Origin: Gemmatimonadota bacterium
GTDB lineage: Bacteria; Latescibacterota; UBA2968; UBA8231
Length of the DNA stretch: 64,000 nt
Assembly (NCBI GenBank): GCA_038153405.1
Contig: JAYOYH010000002.1
Span: 64,001-128,000, forward strand
Direction of reading: 5' to 3'
The notes under the pieces were generated by a model that was given only the letters and a program-made list of their open reading frames with translations, did no database searches and was not told the origin of the DNA. Of the stretch, positions 59,505 to 64,000 are shown in pieces. The position numbers were made by a program, and so were the translations under genes. The stretch's first letter is position 1. Each line of letters opens with the position of its first letter.

Positions 59505-60731
59505 ATGGATACAGTACATCTGGCCTGCATTGGCCTGGGAGGACGCGGCACGGGATTGGCCAGCCTAGTTGCCAGTATGGACGATGTGCGCGTCGTCGCC
59601 GTGTGCGACGAATACGCCGATCGCGTTGAACGCGCCGTACAGCGCATTGAAGAGGCACACGGCTATCGCCCGCACGGCTACGCCGACTATCGCCAACTGC
59701 TCAATCGCCAAGACCTAGACGGCGCAATCGTCGCCACGAGTTGGACTACCCACGTAGAGGTCTCTCTGGCCGCGCTGCGCGCAGGATTATACGTGGGCAC
59801 GGAGGTCGGTGGTGCCTCCTCGCTGCAGGAGTGCTGGGAACTCGTGCGCACCAGCGAAGAGACCGGCATGCCGTTTATGCTGCTGGAAAACTGCTGCTAC
59901 GGGCGCGAGGAAATGGCCGTGCTCAACATGGTCAAGCAGGGCCTCTTCGGCGAGTTGATTCACTGCCAGTGTGGATACGAGCACGACCTGCGCTCCGAGA
60001 TTACGCGCGGCGGAGAAAATCGCCACTATCGACTCAATAACTTCACCTACCGCAACGGCGACCTCTATCCCACGCACGGGCTGGGCCCCATCGCCAAAAT
60101 GCTCGACATCAACAAGGGCAATCGCTTTGTCTCTCTAGTCTCGATGAGTTCCAAAGCACGCGGCCTACATCAATACGCGACCGACCAACTCGGGCCCGAC
60201 CATCCCCAATTCAACACAGTTTTTAACCAGGGCGATATCACAACTACGATGCTGAAGTGCGCCAACGGCGAGACGGTGTTGCTAACCCACGACTGCTCTC
60301 TGCCGCGACCCTATTCGCGCGCCCAGCGCGTGCAGGGCACCAAAGGGCTGTGGATGGAGGACAAAAACGCGCTGCACTTTGACGGCGGCGGCGAGGACTG
60401 GGTGCCGATGAGCGCCTTTTTCGACGAACACGAACACCCGGTGTGGAAAGACTTTATGGCCGGCGGCGTCAAGGGCGGACACGGCGGCATGGACTGGCTG
60501 GTCCAGCGCGCCTTTATCGAATCCATTAAAGCGCGCCGGCAAACGCCCATCGACGTATACGATTCGGTGACCTGGATGGCCGTCACCGCACTGTCGGAAG
60601 ACTCTATTGCCTGCGGCAGTCAGCCACAGCCCTTTCCCGACTTCACCAACGGCAAGTGGATTCGCACCCGGCCCCAACCCGATCACTACTGGACACTAGA
60701 CGGCGTTTACAACCCACAGCCCACGACATGA
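59505..60731 (+). CDS. Gfo/Idh/MocA oxidoreductase, GH109 (NAD-dependent alpha-N-acetylgalactosaminidase-like)
   Basis: 'IGLGGRG', 'LENCCY', 'NGDLYPTHG', 'PRPYSR', 'GGHGGMD', 'DVYD'. Confidence 0.88.
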   Translation: MDTVHLACIGLGGRGTGLASLVASMDDVRVVAVCDEYADRVERAVQRIEEAHGYRPHGYADYRQLLNRQDLDGAIVATSWTTHVEVSLAALRAGLYVGTEVGGASSLQECWELVRTSEETGMPFMLLENCCYGREEMAVLNMVKQGLFGELIHCQCGYEHDLRSEITRGGENRHYRLNNFTYRNGDLYPTHGLGPIAKMLDINKGNRFVSLVSMSSKARGLHQYATDQLGPDHPQFNTVFNQGDITTTMLKCANGETVLLTHDCSLPRPYSRAQRVQGTKGLWMEDKNALHFDGGGEDWVPMSAFFDEHEHPVWKDFMAGGVKGGHGGMDWLVQRAFIESIKARRQTPIDVYDSVTWMAVTALSEDSIACGSQPQPFPDFTNGKWIRTRPQPDHYWTLDGVYNPQPTT

Positions 60732-60944
60732 CGGGAGCGCCCCGCAGCACTACGCCCAATGCTTGTAACACAGCGCCGTAAAGAGCGGCAAAAAGTCGCA
60801 ATTTAACATGTTGTTTTTATTACCATAAGACATCTACGCTGACGAGTATGACAACCCCAATTTTTCTCGTTGACTTTTGGTCGGCAGGCCTTCTAATTCA
60901 AATAGAGGCGAACTTCTACACACCACGAATTAGGAGGATGTACC

Positions 60945-61214
60945 ATGCCCGCTGCCCAAAAGAGCAGGGTTAATTTCGTTCTTCACGCCCCCGGTGCGCG
61001 CGAAGTGTATCTCGCCGGCACTTTCAACGATTGGAATCCGCAGTCGCGGCCCCTGCGCTGCGATAAAAAAGGCAATTGGCGCACTTGGATGAATCTGCCC
61101 AATGGGCAGCATGAGTACCGTTTCATCGTCAATGGCGACTGGCAGGAAGATCCGCAAGCCGACGAGCGCGCGGTAAATCCCTACGGAGCGTTTAACTCGG
61201 TAGTCCACGTTTAA
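60945..61214 (+). CDS. Stand-alone CBM48/AMPK-type glycogen-binding domain protein
   Basis: 'AREVYLAGTFNDW', 'L..GQHEYRFIVNGDW..DP', 'NPYG..NSV'. Confidence 0.9.
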   Translation: MPAAQKSRVNFVLHAPGAREVYLAGTFNDWNPQSRPLRCDKKGNWRTWMNLPNGQHEYRFIVNGDWQEDPQADERAVNPYGAFNSVVHV

Positions 61215-61224
61215 GACGATGCTC

Positions 61225-61251
61225 CTCGCCTGGAGCCGCGCTCCAGGCGGG
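61225..61251. terminator. Hairpin between convergent genes
   Basis: Arms ctcgcctggagc / gctccaggcggg. Confidence 0.5.
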
Positions 61252-61254
61252 GGT

Positions 61255-61656
61255 TCAATCGAGCATCCACACCTGCACGTCGCCATTGCCGTCTTCCAAC
61301 ACCAGTTCCCTCCCCGCTAACCGCCAGCGCACCCGGCGTTCGCCTGCCGCACCAAAGTACGCACCGCGCAGCACCAGTTCCCCCTCCTCTACAGACCACG
61401 TGCCCGGGAAACTGCGCTGTCCGCTGCCTTCTAAAAACAGCGTCATAGCCAAGACGCCATCCGCTTCGAGTCGCATGTGGACGCGGACGGGTCCCAGCAC
61501 TTCGTCCACTCCCTCTGTAACCCACACGCCCAACAGCTTTGCTTCTGGACTCTCCTCTACGACTGGCTCTACTCCTGTTTTTTCCCCGCACCCCCATAGG
61601 GCAGCGAGCAAAAAGAGCAATGTCCCCTGCCGGGCGCACGCGCGAGTAGCGCTCAC
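61255..61656 (-). CDS. Hypothetical lipoprotein (lipocalin-like beta protein)
   Basis: Lipobox 'LWGC'; 'LLGVW', 'GTWSVE..ELVL'. Confidence 0.65.
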   Translation of the reverse strand: MSATRACARQGTLLFLLAALWGCGEKTGVEPVVEESPEAKLLGVWVTEGVDEVLGPVRVHMRLEADGVLAMTLFLEGSGQRSFPGTWSVEEGELVLRGAYFGAAGERRVRWRLAGRELVLEDGNGDVQVWMLD

Positions 61657-61877
61657 CCGTCTCCCCCCATACCCACGGCCTGAGCGCGCACTGCCGCGGC
61701 AATGACCTCTTCACGGAGGTCGTCTGGGATGGCGTCAAATTCGATATTGAACGCATCGTCCGGCAGGACAGCGCGTTGGGCAATCCAGCCGTCGGCCTGC
61801 CGTTTCCAATGCAAAACGCCGGATCCCACACGCGAGTAAAAGGCGCCTTCGTCCCGGCCATCTCGATACAATTTCAT
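61653..61877 (-). CDS. Small hypothetical protein
   Basis: GGGAG RBS before ATG at 61877; 4-nt overlap with downstream lipoprotein gene. Confidence 0.6.
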   Translation of the reverse strand: MKLYRDGRDEGAFYSRVGSGVLHWKRQADGWIAQRAVLPDDAFNIEFDAIPDDLREEVIAAAVRAQAVGMGGDG

Positions 61878-62041
61878 GCGCTCTCCCAGGTTGTATACAG
61901 GCCAATTGATCCAGCGTATGACCGTCTCAAGATAGCCCAAAGCACGCGGGCAAACAACCGGGCTTCGGTTGCTTTATACCCCCCAGATCGTACTTTATGG
62001 ACCGGCACGCAGCACCTGCCATATCTCTATTAGGAGTCGCT

Positions 62042-63709
62042 ATGTCCATCTCCACCACCCGGCACGCCGGCCCCCTAGACGGGGCCATGCAACAGGCCGT
62101 AGACGACGTGCTACGGCGCGAAATCGTCGCGCGTATTGCCGCGCGCGACCACGCCGTATGGCGCCCCACCGCGGATGAAATCTCCAACCGCTTAGGCTGG
62201 CTAGACTGCCCCCACACCATGGTCGACAGCCTGGGCGAAATCCGCCGCGTGGTGCGGGAAACGCGCGCCGACGGCCTGCGCCATGCCCTGCTACTGGGCA
62301 TGGGCGGATCGAGCCTTGCCCCAGAAGTATTCCGCCAAGTACTCGGCGTAGCCGATGGCTACCTCAATCTCGAAGTGCTCGACAGCACGCACCCAGAGTC
62401 CGTGTTGGCCAAAGCCAACGCCCTGGATCCCAGCCGCACGCTCTACATTCCAGCTACTAAATCGGGCGGCACGGTAGAGACGCTTTCGTTTCTCAAATTC
62501 TTTTACAGGCACGTCGCCAACGCGCTGGGCACGGCGCAGGCCGGACGGCATTTTATCGCTATAACTGACCCCGGCAGCGGCCTAGCCGATGCCGCACGCG
62601 CGCTGAACTTTCGCCATACCTTTCTCAACGATCCCCACATCGGCGGGCGCTATTCGGCGCTATCGCACTTTGGCCTTGTTCCTGCGGCAATGCTCGGCGT
62701 CGACCTAGACGACCTGCTCGAACGCGCCCGCAGGGCGAGCGAACAGACCCAGCCAGCCGTCGAACTCGGCGCCTTTATGGGCGCGGGAGCCGCACAGGGA
62801 CGCGATAAGCTGACGCTGATTGCCTCGCCGCCCCTCGCACCGGTCGGCACCTGGGTAGAGCAGCTCATAGCCGAGAGCACCGGCAAGGAAGGCAAGGGCA
62901 TTGTACCTGTCGAAGGAGAACCGTTCCTCGAGCCATCGGCCTATGGCAGCGACCGGCTCTTTGTCTATTTGCGCTGCGACGATGCACTCGACGACCGCGC
63001 CGGCGCACTCGCGGCGGCAGGCCATCCTCTGCTGTGCTTGGAACTGGACGACTTAAACGACCTCGGAGCAGCATTCTACCAGTGGGAATTGGCCACGGCC
63101 ATTGCCGGCCACCTCATGGATATTCACCCCTTTGACCAACCGGATGTCGAGGCCGCTAAGGTGCTGGCTCGAGATATGGTACAGGCCTACCAGCAGCGCG
63201 GCGCGCTGCCGAGCGAACCGCCGATAGCCGTGCATGGCTCGCTCAGCGCCTTTGGCAGTGAACCGGCCACATCGCCCGACCAAGCCCTGCGCGCGCTCTT
63301 GGCACAGGGACAGCCCAATTGCTCCTATATTGCCCTGCAGGCCTATCTCAACCCGACGCCGGAAATAGGCCAACTCTTAGCTGCACTGCGCCGTACCCTG
63401 CAGACGAGCCGGGGTCTGGCCACGACGCTGGGCTACGGCCCGCGCTTCCTGCACTCCACCGGCCAATTGCACAAAGGCGATGCCGGCCACGGCCTCTTCT
63501 TGCAGCTGACGGCTACGACGACCGTCGACGCCCCCATTCCCGATGCGGCCGACGGCGACGCTTCCGGCCTGAGCTTTGGCGTTTTAATCGCCGCTCAGGC
63601 CCAAGGAGATGCCAGCGCGCTACGCAAAGCCGGTCGCCGCGTCCTGCGCATCGACCTGGGCTGCGATGCGGCAGCAGGCCTGCGCGCGCTCACCTCTCAA
63701 TTGAACTAA
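62042..63709 (+). CDS. pgi: Glucose-6-phosphate isomerase (Tal-Pgi-type Pgi domain, stand-alone)
   Basis: 'GMGGSSL', 'KSGGTVET', 'IGGRYSALS', 'EQLIAESTGK', 'PFDQPDVE', 'GPRFLHSTGQLHKG'. Confidence 0.9.
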   Translation: MSISTTRHAGPLDGAMQQAVDDVLRREIVARIAARDHAVWRPTADEISNRLGWLDCPHTMVDSLGEIRRVVRETRADGLRHALLLGMGGSSLAPEVFRQVLGVADGYLNLEVLDSTHPESVLAKANALDPSRTLYIPATKSGGTVETLSFLKFFYRHVANALGTAQAGRHFIAITDPGSGLADAARALNFRHTFLNDPHIGGRYSALSHFGLVPAAMLGVDLDDLLERARRASEQTQPAVELGAFMGAGAAQGRDKLTLIASPPLAPVGTWVEQLIAESTGKEGKGIVPVEGEPFLEPSAYGSDRLFVYLRCDDALDDRAGALAAAGHPLLCLELDDLNDLGAAFYQWELATAIAGHLMDIHPFDQPDVEAAKVLARDMVQAYQQRGALPSEPPIAVHGSLSAFGSEPATSPDQALRALLAQGQPNCSYIALQAYLNPTPEIGQLLAALRRTLQTSRGLATTLGYGPRFLHSTGQLHKGDAGHGLFLQLTATTTVDAPIPDAADGDASGLSFGVLIAAQAQGDASALRKAGRRVLRIDLGCDAAAGLRALTSQLN

Positions 63710-63743
63710 ATGCGAACACCATCCTAACGAAAGCGAACGCAAC

Positions 63744-64000
63744 ATGAGCCAAGCAGATATCGGCCTTATTGGACTCGCCGTCATGGGCGAGAATTTAGTG
63801 CTCAACATGGCCAGCCACTCCATTCGCGTAGCCGTCTACAACCGCACGACCGCGCGCGTGGACGCCTTCTTAGCCGGGCGCGCCCAGGGTCAACCCATCG
63901 TCGGCGCCCACTCGCCCGAGGAACTGGTAGCGCTGCTTAAAAAACCGCGCCGCATTATGCTAATGGTTCAGGCCGGCGCCGCCGTAGACCGCGTCATCGA
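63744..64000 (+). CDS. gnd: 6-phosphogluconate dehydrogenase (decarboxylating), 5' part; runs off window
   Basis: Manual translation 'MSQADIGLIGLAVMGENLVLNMA...VYNRT...PRRIMLMVQAG'. Confidence 0.95.
   Translation, partial: MSQADIGLIGLAVMGENLVLNMASHSIRVAVYNRTTARVDAFLAGRAQGQPIVGAHSPEELVALLKKPRRIMLMVQAGAAVDRVI

Overview
GC-rich (roughly 60%) bacterial chromosomal window, gene-dense, with about 56 CDSs and one tRNA-Thr(TGT). I saw no transposase, integrase, prophage or CRISPR array. Core genes include a dinB/imuB-like fragment, zapA, infC, rplC, carB, pyrK, pyrD, rlpA, nnr, galU, uvrB, dnaK, mug, pgi and gnd. They are mixed with many sugar/acid catabolic oxidoreductases (FAD/Fe-S oxidase, PhyH, 2-hydroxyacid DH, Ldh_2, TIM-barrel epimerase, E1 alpha/beta, SDR, Zn-ADH, HpcH aldolase, GH109). 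The GT9 heptosyltransferase, lipoproteins and beta-barrel candidate indicate a diderm heterotroph; a Latescibacterota-like lineage is only a guess. The most notable observations are: (1) a stand-alone rplC outside the S10 operon with its own promoter and terminator and a variant PTC-proximal loop; (2) a stand-alone infC with an ATC start and a two-hairpin leader; (3) a highly divergent Rid/YjgF-like protein between a FAD/Fe-S oxidase and an FmdB zinc ribbon; (4) a degenerate CinA/PncC-NadD fusion in a tightly packed cluster ending in nnr; (5) a YfiR coupled to a histidine kinase and an apparent pseudokinase; (6) a sigma54-type dnaK promoter with dyad repeats; (7) a sulfite/nitrite reductase with two Cys-motif sets, a HEPN-like tail and an unknown partner; (8) MFS-HEAT, TPR-TonB_C, MerR-REC and PDZ-Gly/Asp-repeat fusions. 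All family calls are from motif recognition by eye; no database searches were run.
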